Sequence record: OL989991.1
Direction: 5' to 3' (one strand)
Length of the DNA stretch: 32,000 nt
From: Enterobacter phage vB_EclM_Q7622
The notes beneath the pieces are model-generated. The model worked only from the letters and a program-made list of their open reading frames with translations, did not search any database and was not told the DNA's origin. Numbering within the stretch: position 1 is the first letter of the stretch; each line of letters starts with the position of its first letter. The position numbers were made by a program, and so were the translations under genes. This document shows positions 13,311 through 21,755 of the stretch, piece by piece.

Positions 13311-13591
13311 TGGACGATTTAATTCAAGCTATTAAATCAAACGACCTCGTCGCCGTTCGCAAAGTATTCGAAGCGCATATGGCACCTGTTGTTTCCAGTT
13401 TGATTGAAGCTGAAAAAATCAAAATCGCACGTTCTATCATGATTGAAGGCGAAGAGCCTAAAGATGAAGACGATGGCGATGATAAAGACGAAAAGAAAAA
13501 GAAAAATAAAGAAGAGTCTGATGGCAAAGGTGCTGACGCTGGCGGTGACGCTGATGAAGGCGACGACGAAGACGAAGATGAGGACGACTAA
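13310..13591 (+). CDS. 67: Prohead core protein gp67 (93 aa)
   Basis: [28 protein letters not shown], acidic Glu/Asp/Lys C-terminus; located between 20 and 68. Confidence 0.88.
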   Translation: MDDLIQAIKSNDLVAVRKVFEAHMAPVVSSLIEAEKIKIARSIMIEGEEPKDEDDGDDKDEKKKKNKEESDGKGADAGGDADEGDDEDEDEDD

Positions 13592-14020
13592 ATGTATCTT
13601 CTCCCTGAAAGCTATGAATTAGTAACGGAAAATGTTGAAAACTTAATTCCAGAAGCGCAGGGTCGTTTTGATAGTCTTTCTAAAGCACTTGATAAAGCTG
13701 ATATAAATAAACTTGTAGAGAACATGTTTGAGAGTGGTGATGTTGATTTAGCCATCGCTCTCGGTTCTATTAACGAAGAAATGGCTTTAAACGAATTTAT
13801 CGTTAAACACGTTTCTTCTCGTGGTGATATTACGCGTACTAAAGACATTAAAACTCGTCAGCGTAATGCATACCAAACTACAGGTCTTTCTAAAGCTAAG
13901 CGTCGTCAAATTGCTCGTAAAGCTACTAAGACCAAGCGCTCTAACCCATCAACTCAGGTTCGTGCTGAGCGTAAGCGTAAAAAAGCTCGTGCGAAACGTA
14001 AAGCATTTGGATTAAGCTAA
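13592..14020 (+). CDS. 68: Prohead core protein gp68 (142 aa)
   Basis: Position, size and basic C-terminus match T4 gp68. Confidence 0.85.
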   Translation: MYLLPESYELVTENVENLIPEAQGRFDSLSKALDKADINKLVENMFESGDVDLAIALGSINEEMALNEFIVKHVSSRGDITRTKDIKTRQRNAYQTTGLSKAKRRQIARKATKTKRSNPSTQVRAERKRKKARAKRKAFGLS

Positions 14021-14655
14021 TGAATGAACCCCAACTCTTAATCGAACATTGGGGTCAACCAGGTGAAATTATCGATGGGGTTCCTATGTTGGAATCCTAC
14101 GATGGAAAAGATACAGGATTAGCTCCTGGTCTGTACATCGAAGGTATTTTCATGCAGGCGGAGAAAGTAAACCGAAATAAACGTCTTTATCCAAAGAAAA
14201 TTTTGGAAAAGGCCGTAGCCAACTATATGGCAGAGCAGGTTGTTACTAAACAAGCTCTCGGCGAATTAAACCATCCACCTCGTGCGAACGTTGACCCTAT
14301 GCAAGCAGCCATAATTATCGAAGATATGTGGTGGAAAGGAAACGACGTATACGGTCGTGCAAGAATTATTGAAGGTGACCACGGTCCTGGTGATAAACTA
14401 GCGGCAAATATCAGAGCTGGATGGATTCCTGGAGTGTCTAGTAGAGGCCTGGGTTCTTTGACAGAAACCAATAAAGGTTATAAGCTGGTCAATGAAGGAT
14501 ATCGCCTGACGGTTGGCGTAGACGCTGTATGGGGTCCTAGCGCTCCGGATGCATATGTCAAACCAAAACAAATTAATGAAAGTGCGGAAAATACTTCCGA
14601 TACTAGTGCCGATGACGCCTACCTGGCTCTCGCAGAGGCCATGAAAGCGTTATAA
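14020..14655 (+). CDS. 21: Prohead core protease gp21 (211 aa)
   Basis: LIEHWGQPGEIIDGVPMLESYDGKDTGLAPGLYIEGIFMQAEKVNRNKRLYPKKILEKAVANY...GELNHPP...GVSSRGLGSL: herpes/T4-type prohead protease with conserved H and S. Confidence 0.95.
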   Translation: MNEPQLLIEHWGQPGEIIDGVPMLESYDGKDTGLAPGLYIEGIFMQAEKVNRNKRLYPKKILEKAVANYMAEQVVTKQALGELNHPPRANVDPMQAAIIIEDMWWKGNDVYGRARIIEGDHGPGDKLAANIRAGWIPGVSSRGLGSLTETNKGYKLVNEGYRLTVGVDAVWGPSAPDAYVKPKQINESAENTSDTSADDAYLALAEAMKAL

Positions 14656-14658
14656 ATA
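14651..14658 (+). promoter_or_regulatory. Late promoter -10 TATAAATA for gene 22
   Basis: Exact consensus overlapping the gene 21 stop, followed by TTATTATC. Confidence 0.85.
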
Positions 14659-14685
14659 TTATTATCTAAACAACAGGACTACAAA

Positions 14686-15513
14686 ATGCTTAAAGAACAA
14701 CTGATGACCGAAGCGCAGAATATTGACGTTTCCGTTGCTCTTGACAGTATTTTCGAATCAGTTAATATTTCTCCAGAAGCTCGTGAGACTTTTGGCACTG
14801 TATTCGAAGCAACCGTCAAGCAGCAGGCTATTAAACTGGCCGAATCCCACATTGAATCCATCGCTGAAAAAGCGGAAGAAAAAGTTGCTAAGGCTAAAGA
14901 AGAAGCTGAAGAGAAAGCAGAGAAAGATATTCAAGAATCTGTTGCTCGCTTCTTAGACCACCTGGGTAAAGAATGGCTGGCTGAAAATAAACTGGCTGTT
15001 GACCGTGGTATTAAAGCCGATCTGTTTGAATCCGTAATGGGTGGCATGAAAGAATTGTTCGTAGAACACAACGTTGTAATTCCAGAAGAAGCTGTTGATG
15101 TTGTAGCTGAAATGGAAGAAGAACTGGCCGAACAGAAACAAGAAACTGCTCGTCTGTTCGAAGAAGTAACTAAGCGCGATGCATATATCAATTATGTACA
15201 GCGCGAAACCGTTCTGGGTGAAGCAACTCGTGAGTTGACCGAATCTCAAAAAGAAAAAGTTAGTTCTCTGGTCGAAGGTATGGAATACTCAGATTCATTC
15301 CCTGCTAAGCTGGACGCTATTGTAAATATGGTAAAAGGTTCTATTACCGAATCCGGTTCTAATGAAAAACCGATTACCGAAGGTGCTATAAATACACCTG
15401 AAGATGATGCTGCAGCTCTGAACTTTGTTTCAGAACCGGTCGTCGAACAGGCTCAAAAGCCTGCAATGTCTTTAGCTGACATGGCTGCTCTTGCAGCATC
15501 ACGTATTTCTTAA
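14686..15513 (+). CDS. 22: Prohead scaffold core protein gp22 (275 aa)
   Basis: Glu/Lys-rich helical scaffold between 21 and 23; MLKEQLMTEAQNIDVSVALDSIFESVNISPEARETFGTVFEATVKQQA. Confidence 0.93.
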   Translation: MLKEQLMTEAQNIDVSVALDSIFESVNISPEARETFGTVFEATVKQQAIKLAESHIESIAEKAEEKVAKAKEEAEEKAEKDIQESVARFLDHLGKEWLAENKLAVDRGIKADLFESVMGGMKELFVEHNVVIPEEAVDVVAEMEEELAEQKQETARLFEEVTKRDAYINYVQRETVLGEATRELTESQKEKVSSLVEGMEYSDSFPAKLDAIVNMVKGSITESGSNEKPITEGAINTPEDDAAALNFVSEPVVEQAQKPAMSLADMAALAASRIS

Positions 15514-15533
15514 TTTAACAAGGTTATTATCAC

Positions 15534-17096
15534 ATGAAAAAGAATGAACTCGTCCAGAAATGGCAGAATCTGTTGGAAAACGAAGCACTGCCGGAAATCG
15601 TAGGCGCTTCTAAGCAAGCTATTATTGCTAAAATCTTCGAAAACCAGGAAATGGACATCATGAATTCTCCGGAATATCGTGATGAGAAAATCGCTGAAGC
15701 ATTCGGTTCCTTCCTGACTGAAGCCGAAATCGGTGGTGACCACGGTTATGACGCTACTAACATCGCTTCTGGCCAGACCTCTGGTGCAGTAACCCAGATC
15801 GGTCCAGCAGTAATGGGTATGGTTCGTCGTGCTATTCCTCATCTGATTGCTTTCGACATCTGTGGTGTTCAGCCTCTGAATAACCCAACTGGCCAGGTAT
15901 TCGCCCTGCGTGCCGTTTACGGTAAAGACCCAGTTGCTCCAGGTGCTAAAGAAGCATTCCACCCAATGTACGCTCCAGACGCAATGTTCTCTGGTCAGGG
16001 TGCAGCAGGTGCTAACTTCCCAGTTCTGGCTGCAGGTACTGTGACCGAAGTTGGTAAGATTTATCGTCATGATTTCGTACAGACCGGTACTGCTTACTTC
16101 CAGGCTACCGAAGTTGTTACTGTTGATGCAGCTGCTACCGATGCCGCTAAACTTGATGCAGAAGTTCTGAAGCAGGTTGAAGCTGGTGTGTTCGCTGAAA
16201 TCGCAGAAGCAATGGCTACTTCTATCGCCGAACTGCAGGAAGGCTTCAACGGTTCTAGCGATAACCCATGGAACGAAATGGGCTTCCGTATCGATAAGCA
16301 AGTTATCGAAGCTAAATCTCGTCAGCTGAAAGCTTCTTACTCTATTGAACTGGCACAGGACCTGCGCGCTGTTCACGGTATGGACGCTGATGCCGAACTG
16401 AGTGGTATTCTGGCTACTGAAATCATGCTGGAAATTAACCGTGAAGTAATCGACTGGATTAACTATTCCGCACAGGTTGGTAAGTCTGGCTTTACTAACA
16501 CCGTTGGTGCTAAAGCTGGTGTGTTTGACTTCCAGGACCCTATCGACATCCGTGGTGCTCGTTGGGCTGGTGAAAGCTTCAAAGCTCTGCTGTTCCAGAT
16601 TGACAAAGAAGCAGCTGAAATCGCTCGTCAGACCGGTCGTGGTGCAGGTAACTTCATCATCGCTTCTCGTAACGTAGTTAACGTACTGGCTGCAGTTGAT
16701 ACCGGTATTTCCTACGCTGCACAGGGTCTGGGTCAAGGTTTCAACGTTGACACTACTAAAGCTGTGTTCGCCGGTGTTCTGGGTGGTAAATACCGTGTGT
16801 ATATCGACCAGTACGCTCCACAGGACTACTTCACCATTGGTTATAAAGGTGCTAACGAAATGGATGCTGGTATTTACTACGCGCCATACGTTGCTCTGAC
16901 TCCACTGCGTGGTTCCGATCCGAAGAACTTCCAGCCAGTAATGGGCTTCAAAACTCGTTACGGTATTGGTATTAACCCGTTCGCTGATACTGCGGCTCAA
17001 CAGCCTAAAGGTCGTATCGTTAATGGTATGCCTGATATCACTAACAGCCTGGGTAAAAACGGTTACTTCCGTCGCGTGTTCGTTAAAGGTATCTAA
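15534..17096 (+). CDS. 23: Major capsid protein gp23 (520 aa)
   Basis: GSFLTEAEIGGDHGYDATNIASGQTSGAVTQIGPAVMGMVRRAIPHLIAFDICGVQPLNNPTGQVFALRAVYGKDPVAPGAKEAFHPMY; ends YFRRVFVKGI. Confidence 0.98.
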   Translation: MKKNELVQKWQNLLENEALPEIVGASKQAIIAKIFENQEMDIMNSPEYRDEKIAEAFGSFLTEAEIGGDHGYDATNIASGQTSGAVTQIGPAVMGMVRRAIPHLIAFDICGVQPLNNPTGQVFALRAVYGKDPVAPGAKEAFHPMYAPDAMFSGQGAAGANFPVLAAGTVTEVGKIYRHDFVQTGTAYFQATEVVTVDAAATDAAKLDAEVLKQVEAGVFAEIAEAMATSIAELQEGFNGSSDNPWNEMGFRIDKQVIEAKSRQLKASYSIELAQDLRAVHGMDADAELSGILATEIMLEINREVIDWINYSAQVGKSGFTNTVGAKAGVFDFQDPIDIRGARWAGESFKALLFQIDKEAAEIARQTGRGAGNFIIASRNVVNVLAAVDTGISYAAQGLGQGFNVDTTKAVFAGVLGGKYRVYIDQYAPQDYFTIGYKGANEMDAGIYYAPYVALTPLRGSDPKNFQPVMGFKTRYGIGINPFADTAAQQPKGRIVNGMPDITNSLGKNGYFRRVFVKGI

Positions 17097-17111
17097 TCCT
17101 TTTAAAAAATT

Positions 17112-17133
17112 ATGGGAGACTTCGGTCTCCCAT
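17112..17133 (+). terminator. UUCG-tetraloop terminator after gene 23
   Basis: ATGGGAGAC-TTCG-GTCTCCCAT followed by TCTTGTTT. Confidence 0.85.
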
Positions 17134-17150
17134 TCTTGTTTCTGTAGCTT

Positions 17151-17158
17151 TATAAATA
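17151..17158 (+). promoter_or_regulatory. Late promoter -10 TATAAATA for gene 24 and its paralog
   Basis: Exact consensus 28 nt upstream of the ATG. Confidence 0.85.
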
Positions 17159-17186
17159 ATATTATTATCCACTAAGGAAAAGCGCA

Positions 17187-18467
17187 ATGGCTAAAATCAA
17201 CGAACTTCTGCGCGAATCAACTACAACGAGCAGCATCCAATATGGTCGTCCGAATCTCGTTGCTTTGACACGCGCTACTACCAAATTAATTTACAGCGAT
17301 ATCATCGCGGAACAACGTACTACACAGCCAGTTGCGGCATTGTACGGTGTCAAATATCTTACCCCAGATAATGAATTCAGCTTCGCAACCGGTGCTACTT
17401 ATGGTGGTCAAGTAGGTTCTAAAGATAGAGAATCTATTCCTAAGTTGACTTCTAAAGCCCAGAGTATTGCACAGGGCGATTATTTCGTATACGAGAACAT
17501 TGTTTATAAGGCACTCGAAGCGGACCCCCTGGCGACGACTAGTGCAACAGAACTGGCCGATGCTCTTAAAGAAGCTTTAGTCCTTTTAAAATGTCGTTTA
17601 GTTCCAGACGCTGCTAATACTGCTAAATTCGAAGATAAAGATGTAGAAATCAGTAATGCTGTATTTGAAGTTAATAAGTGGAACGCTCCTGTTAAATCAC
17701 GTAAGCTTAAAACTTCTCTGACAGTAGAACTTGCACAGGATATGGAAGCCAATGGCTTTGATGCTCCTGCGTTCTTAGAAGATTTACTTGCTACTGTCAT
17801 GGCCGATGAAATTAACAAAGATGTTCTTCAGTCACTGATTACTGTTTCTAAGCGTTATAAAGTCCAAGGACTTTGTGAGAATGGTATTATTGACCTGTCT
17901 TATGATAACTCACCAGAAGCCTCAAGAAAATTATATGAAGTCGTTTGTGAAATGAACTCTGAGATTCAGAGAACTACTTCATATTCCGGAACATTTGTTG
18001 TGGCAAGTTCTCGTGTGGCTGCATTACTTGCAGGTTCTGGTTGGTTAAAACATCGCCCTGAAGATGACGAATGGCTTCCATCTACTGCATATGGCTATCT
18101 GACTAATGGACTGCCTGTTTTCTGTGATGTTAACAGCCCATTAGATTATGTTACGGTTGGTGTTAAAGAAAGTTATGGTGGTAATGAAATCGTAGGTTCT
18201 ATTTTCTATGCTCCATACACTGAAGGTCTTGATTTAGATTCTAAAGAACATGTTGGTGCATTTAAAGTTATCGTAGACCCGGATTCTTTACAGCCGTCTA
18301 TTGCACTGATGGTGCGATACGCATTATCTGCTAACCCGTATACTGTAGCTAAAGACGAAAAAGAAGCTCGTATTATTGATGCTACCGATATGGATAAAAT
18401 GGCTGGCCAGTCTAACATGTCATATCTGCTTGGTGTTAAACTTCCACCTATTATCTACGAGGCATAA
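17187..18467 (+). CDS. 24: Capsid vertex protein gp24 (426 aa)
   Basis: MAKINELLRESTTT...GRPNLVALTRATTKLIYSDIIAEQRTTQPVAALYGVKYLTPDNEF; closest of the two copies to T4 gp24. Confidence 0.96.
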   Translation: MAKINELLRESTTTSSIQYGRPNLVALTRATTKLIYSDIIAEQRTTQPVAALYGVKYLTPDNEFSFATGATYGGQVGSKDRESIPKLTSKAQSIAQGDYFVYENIVYKALEADPLATTSATELADALKEALVLLKCRLVPDAANTAKFEDKDVEISNAVFEVNKWNAPVKSRKLKTSLTVELAQDMEANGFDAPAFLEDLLATVMADEINKDVLQSLITVSKRYKVQGLCENGIIDLSYDNSPEASRKLYEVVCEMNSEIQRTTSYSGTFVVASSRVAALLAGSGWLKHRPEDDEWLPSTAYGYLTNGLPVFCDVNSPLDYVTVGVKESYGGNEIVGSIFYAPYTEGLDLDSKEHVGAFKVIVDPDSLQPSIALMVRYALSANPYTVAKDEKEARIIDATDMDKMAGQSNMSYLLGVKLPPIIYEA

Positions 18468-18468
18468 T

Positions 18469-19749
18469 ATGGCCAAGATTAATGATTTAATTTACGAATC
18501 AACTTTGACCCAGGCGAACAGCTTGGGTCGTCCTAGCTTACTGTCTTACACTAAAGCTACAAATAAAAGAATTTTTAAAGCTCTTGTGGCAGAACAACCT
18601 ACGACACAACCAGTAGCAGCCCTTTATGGTATCAGAGTTCTGAACCCAGAAGATGAAATGACTTATCTTGGTGGTGCTACTTTTGCGGGTCAATTTGGAA
18701 TGGGCGAACGTGCAGCTGTTCCTGAATTAACTGCTTTGACTGGTTATTCTAAAGGTGACTTGTTCAAATTTGAATCCGTTATTTTCAAATGCCTTGAAGA
18801 TAATCCATTTGCCGGGACCACCGAAACTGATTTAGGCGAAGGCGTGTCTGAAGCTATCGCGGCTGGGCATATTCGTATGATGTCTGATGCAGCTGTTACT
18901 TCTAAGTTTGAAAGTAATGCCCCTGAAATTTCTGAAGCAGGCTTCAGAATTGACAAATGGCAGACTAATGTACGTTCACGTAAGCTTAAAACTTCCTTGA
19001 CAGTAGAACTTGCACAAGATTTAGAAGCTAATGGTTTTAATGCCCCTGATTTCATCGACAATATTTTAGCGATCCAAATGGCGGAAGAAATTAACAAAGA
19101 TGTTCTTCAGTCACTGATTACTGTTTCTAGTCGATTTAAGGTCCATGGCGTGTCTTCTAAAGGCGTGTTGGATTTAACTGATGCTCTTTATGATAATGCC
19201 CAGGATAGAGCTCGTGCACTTTATTACTATATGTGTGAAATGAACTCTGCTGTGCAACGTAATACTTCATTTGCCGGGACTTATGCTGTTGCTAGTTCTC
19301 GTTGTGCTGCTATTTTAGCTGCATCCGGTTGGGTAGAAAAGAAAGACGATACAGACCCTCTGGCGTATGGTGTGCTTAAAAATGGTCTTCCATTATATGC
19401 AGACGTAAACAGTCCTTGTGATTATGTTATCGTTGGTGTTAATGAAGATTTAGGCGAAGGACAGACGGTAGCTTCGTTGTATTATGCGCCATATATTGAG
19501 GGTGCGGATGGTATTCAAGAAGAAAGTGATACTCCAGTTGGTTCACACAAAGTTATCGTGGACCCGGATTCTTTACAACCTGTAGTTTCCCTGTTAAGTC
19601 GTTATGCATTATCTGCAAACCCTTATACAGTGGCTAAAGATGAAAAAGAAGCTCGTATCATTGATGGTGGGGATATGGACAAGATGGCAGGTCAAAGCCA
19701 ATTGAGTTCTTATCTTGGTGTTAAACTTCCACCTTTAGAAAAAGAATAA
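18469..19749 (+). CDS. Second gp24-like capsid vertex paralog (426 aa)
   Basis: MAKINDLIYESTLTQANSLGRPSLLSYTKATNKRIFKALVAEQPTTQPVAALYGIRVLNPEDEM; colinear similarity over its full length to the preceding CDS. ATG is 1 nt after the gene 24 stop; the 18376 start is an out-of-frame extension inside gene 24. Confidence 0.93.
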   Translation: MAKINDLIYESTLTQANSLGRPSLLSYTKATNKRIFKALVAEQPTTQPVAALYGIRVLNPEDEMTYLGGATFAGQFGMGERAAVPELTALTGYSKGDLFKFESVIFKCLEDNPFAGTTETDLGEGVSEAIAAGHIRMMSDAAVTSKFESNAPEISEAGFRIDKWQTNVRSRKLKTSLTVELAQDLEANGFNAPDFIDNILAIQMAEEINKDVLQSLITVSSRFKVHGVSSKGVLDLTDALYDNAQDRARALYYYMCEMNSAVQRNTSFAGTYAVASSRCAAILAASGWVEKKDDTDPLAYGVLKNGLPLYADVNSPCDYVIVGVNEDLGEGQTVASLYYAPYIEGADGIQEESDTPVGSHKVIVDPDSLQPVVSLLSRYALSANPYTVAKDEKEARIIDGGDMDKMAGQSQLSSYLGVKLPPLEKE

Positions 19750-19771
19750 GGGAGCCAATGGCTCCCTTATT
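19745..19771. terminator. Bidirectional terminator between the gp24 paralog and rnlB
   Basis: AATAAGGGAGCC-AAT-GGCTCCCTTATT, 12-bp perfect stem between convergent genes. Confidence 0.85.
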
Positions 19772-19775
19772 TCGT

Positions 19776-20777
19776 TTAATTACTTACTAATTCAATCCAT
19801 ACTGGACGAATTACACCTTGGACATAAGTCACAAGTTCTTTCTTAACTACATCAGGCTGATCAGCATCAGTAATAAAGATTTCTTCACGACCTGCTTCTT
19901 CCAGAATATCCTGAACAGTCAGGCCCATAACTTTACCAAAATCTTTAGGACTAATTTGGCCAATTTTACTGATAACGTTGTTTACACGATTCAGAGTAGC
20001 GTAAGCCGCTAGAGTAGACAATGCAACTTTATCTACATCAGTCAAAACGGCTTTAGCTTTAATCGGCTTGTCCGATTTAGCCTTTTCACTGAACTTAGAG
20101 TTCTTACACTTAATAGCAACACGAGCACCATTAGGGAAGAACTTAGGATAACAAGGCTTCAGAACATAACCCTCTGCGATATTATCTTCGGCTACAACAG
20201 CTTTCCATACCTGTTTGTTTGCAACAGGAATACCTTCATTTGCAGCCAGCTCGTTATAATCGTTAACTACAACATCGAGCATATTAGGCAACTGAATCAA
20301 GTCATCGAACTTACCACGTCCAAGCAGTGGAGCCATCTTGAACCCAAACGTATTACAGATGGTTTCCATCATATAATCGTCGACAAACTGATTCGTGCCT
20401 TCGGCAGTCTTGACCAGGATATCGAATACGTAGAAATCTTTCTCGCCATAATCGACGCCTTTCTGAATTCCACCGCCTGCAAACTCACCGAAAATCTGCA
20501 TCGACGAGCCTTCTTTAATAGTGTGTTGAACAGCTTTGATACTGTCATTATATTTCTTCAGGATAACAGAATAACCAAAGAAATCTTCTGCAGGCAGAAT
20601 AGGACCAGTGCGCTTCGCGCATGTGACTGCGTCACGTTCAATTATGATGGAGAAGTTTGTACCGTGAATCTTCTCACGTGCTACCCATGGTTCGGTTACA
20701 TCAAAACCTGCATTACGAATCTTCTCAATGAACTTACCATTGTAGTGGTTCTCAAGACTAGAATATTTCTCAAACAT
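19776..20777 (-). CDS. rnlB: RNA ligase 2 (333 aa)
   Basis: [20 protein letters not shown]...[29 protein letters not shown] (nucleotidyltransferase KxHG motif), [18 protein letters not shown]; as T4 RnlB/gp24.1. Confidence 0.97.
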   Translation of the reverse strand: MFEKYSSLENHYNGKFIEKIRNAGFDVTEPWVAREKIHGTNFSIIIERDAVTCAKRTGPILPAEDFFGYSVILKKYNDSIKAVQHTIKEGSSMQIFGEFAGGGIQKGVDYGEKDFYVFDILVKTAEGTNQFVDDYMMETICNTFGFKMAPLLGRGKFDDLIQLPNMLDVVVNDYNELAANEGIPVANKQVWKAVVAEDNIAEGYVLKPCYPKFFPNGARVAIKCKNSKFSEKAKSDKPIKAKAVLTDVDKVALSTLAAYATLNRVNNVISKIGQISPKDFGKVMGLTVQDILEEAGREEIFITDADQPDVVKKELVTYVQGVIRPVWIELVSN

Positions 20778-20867
20778 ATATTACCTTATAAATATCATTA
20801 TAAATTAGAAAGAGAGTAACTAATCTTCTTACCACCAATCACTCTCAACTTGTAAACCATTATACCT

Positions 20868-20895
20868 AATATATCACAAAAATTCTTAAAGCATA
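20868..20895 (-). promoter_or_regulatory. Candidate MotA-dependent middle promoter for rnlB
   Basis: Minus strand TATGCTTTA (matches WWTGCTTYA) - 13 nt - TATATT (TAnnnT); box abuts the stop of the upstream ORF. Confidence 0.65.
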
Positions 20896-21267
20896 TTAGA
20901 AAACAATTTCGACCCAATCGCCATCGCGCTGGTCGTGTTTCCAATTCACCATTACACCGTCATCTTGCATCCATTTGGTTAACTGGTCTTTGTATTTCTT
21001 TGCCAAGGCTGATGGGTACCAATTAAATTGACGTTTACCTTTCTTAGCCTGAGCCAGAAATTCCTGTTCAACTTCATCTTTCGCCTGTTTCAGCTCATCT
21101 GTAGCGACAGCGTCCGCCAGGGCACCGTAATGAGTAGCCAATGATGTAATACGTGTCTCTTTAGTAGACGGCTTCAGACCGCCAATAGGATGGCCTGCCT
21201 CGTCCCAACCTTGGATACGACGCCCAAACTGTGGACCTCTAATCATTTCTTCATTTAATTCAGCCAT
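20896..21267 (-). CDS. Hypothetical protein (123 aa), position equivalent to T4 24.x genes
   Basis: Intact ORF MAELNEEMIRGPQFGRRIQGWDEAGHPIGGLKPSTKETRITSLATHYGALADAV...; stop of the upstream ORF overlaps its start. No family recognised. Confidence 0.75.
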   Translation of the reverse strand: MAELNEEMIRGPQFGRRIQGWDEAGHPIGGLKPSTKETRITSLATHYGALADAVATDELKQAKDEVEQEFLAQAKKGKRQFNWYPSALAKKYKDQLTKWMQDDGVMVNWKHDQRDGDWVEIVF

Positions 21268-21478
21268 TATAACCCTTCATCTTTTCTACTAATTTAGTAT
21301 GGTCTGTGATGTATCGTTTGCGATAAACAACACGTTCACGGTTCTTTGCTCGTTCTTTTGCTTTTTCAACTTTCATCCATTCCTGCATAGCTTCCTTAGC
21401 ACTGATACCAAACTGCTTGGCGATGTCAATAAAAGTAACACCGTTTTCGTGCATCATATGAATCTTTAATGCTTGCAT
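21260..21478 (-). CDS. Hypothetical small protein, possible helix-turn-helix
   Basis: MQALKIHMMHENGVTFIDIAKQFGISAKEAMQEWMKVEKAKERAKNRERVVYRKRY; SD GAGG 6 nt before the ATG at 21478; alternative ATG at 21490. Confidence 0.7.
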   Translation of the reverse strand: MQALKIHMMHENGVTFIDIAKQFGISAKEAMQEWMKVEKAKERAKNRERVVYRKRYITDHTKLVEKMKGYNG

Positions 21479-21518
21479 GATTAGCCTCATTTGTTTATGA
21501 TGAGGCTATTAAATCATG
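21476..21518. repeat. Inverted repeat spanning start codon, SD and candidate -10 of the small HTH-like ORF
   Basis: CATGAT-TAGCCTCAT-ttgtttatg-ATGAGGCTA-ttaa-ATCATG (9-bp inner stem, 6-bp outer stem). Confidence 0.85.
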
Positions 21519-21533
21519 AATTTTTAAAGCAAG
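21508..21533 (-). promoter_or_regulatory. Candidate MotA-type middle promoter for the small leftward operon
   Basis: Minus strand CTTGCTTTA (8/9 of MotA box) - 11 nt - TTTAAT. Confidence 0.4.
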
Positions 21534-21536
21534 AAA

Positions 21537-21725
21537 TCAATCCTTGTCTTTAAGTCTCTTAAATGCCGAAGACACCCCGCCTATGATACAGACTAAAGAA
21601 ATTAATGCTATAAAGACACACAAGAATGTTCCTATAAGAATCGGCTCGGCTATAGCCATCAATGAAAAGACGAAGACTATAGATGATACAGCTAAAAAGA
21701 AAGCATCTTTCGCAACTTCTTTCAT
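21537..21725 (-). CDS. Hypothetical small membrane protein (62 aa, two predicted TM helices)
   Basis: MKEVAKDAFFLAVSSIVFVFSLMAIAEPILIGTFLCVFIALISLVCIIGGVSSAFKRLKDKD; SD GGGAG upstream. Confidence 0.7.
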   Translation of the reverse strand: MKEVAKDAFFLAVSSIVFVFSLMAIAEPILIGTFLCVFIALISLVCIIGGVSSAFKRLKDKD

Positions 21726-21737
21726 AAATCTCCCTAA

Positions 21738-21751
21738 GGGGCCGAAGCCCC
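21738..21751 (-). other. UUCG hairpin downstream of hoc
   Basis: Minus strand GGGGC-TTCG-GCCCC. Confidence 0.75.
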
Positions 21752-21755
21752 AACA

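Noticed and set aside
15510-17000. 496-aa minus-strand ORF antisense to gene 23
   Set aside because: In codon register with gene 23 and explained by avoidance of TTA/CTA/TCA; the translated sequence is low-complexity Ser/Thr/Val/Phe-rich with no family resemblance.
18376-18468. N-terminal extension of the second gp24 paralog
   Set aside because: It is the wrong frame of the gene 24 3' end; MAKIND... at 18469 aligns with the family start.
20523-20819. 98-aa plus-strand ORF over the rnlB 5' end
   Set aside because: Antisense to a conserved gene; its sequence looks like reverse-complement coding noise. Only the late-promoter element nearby was kept as a finding.
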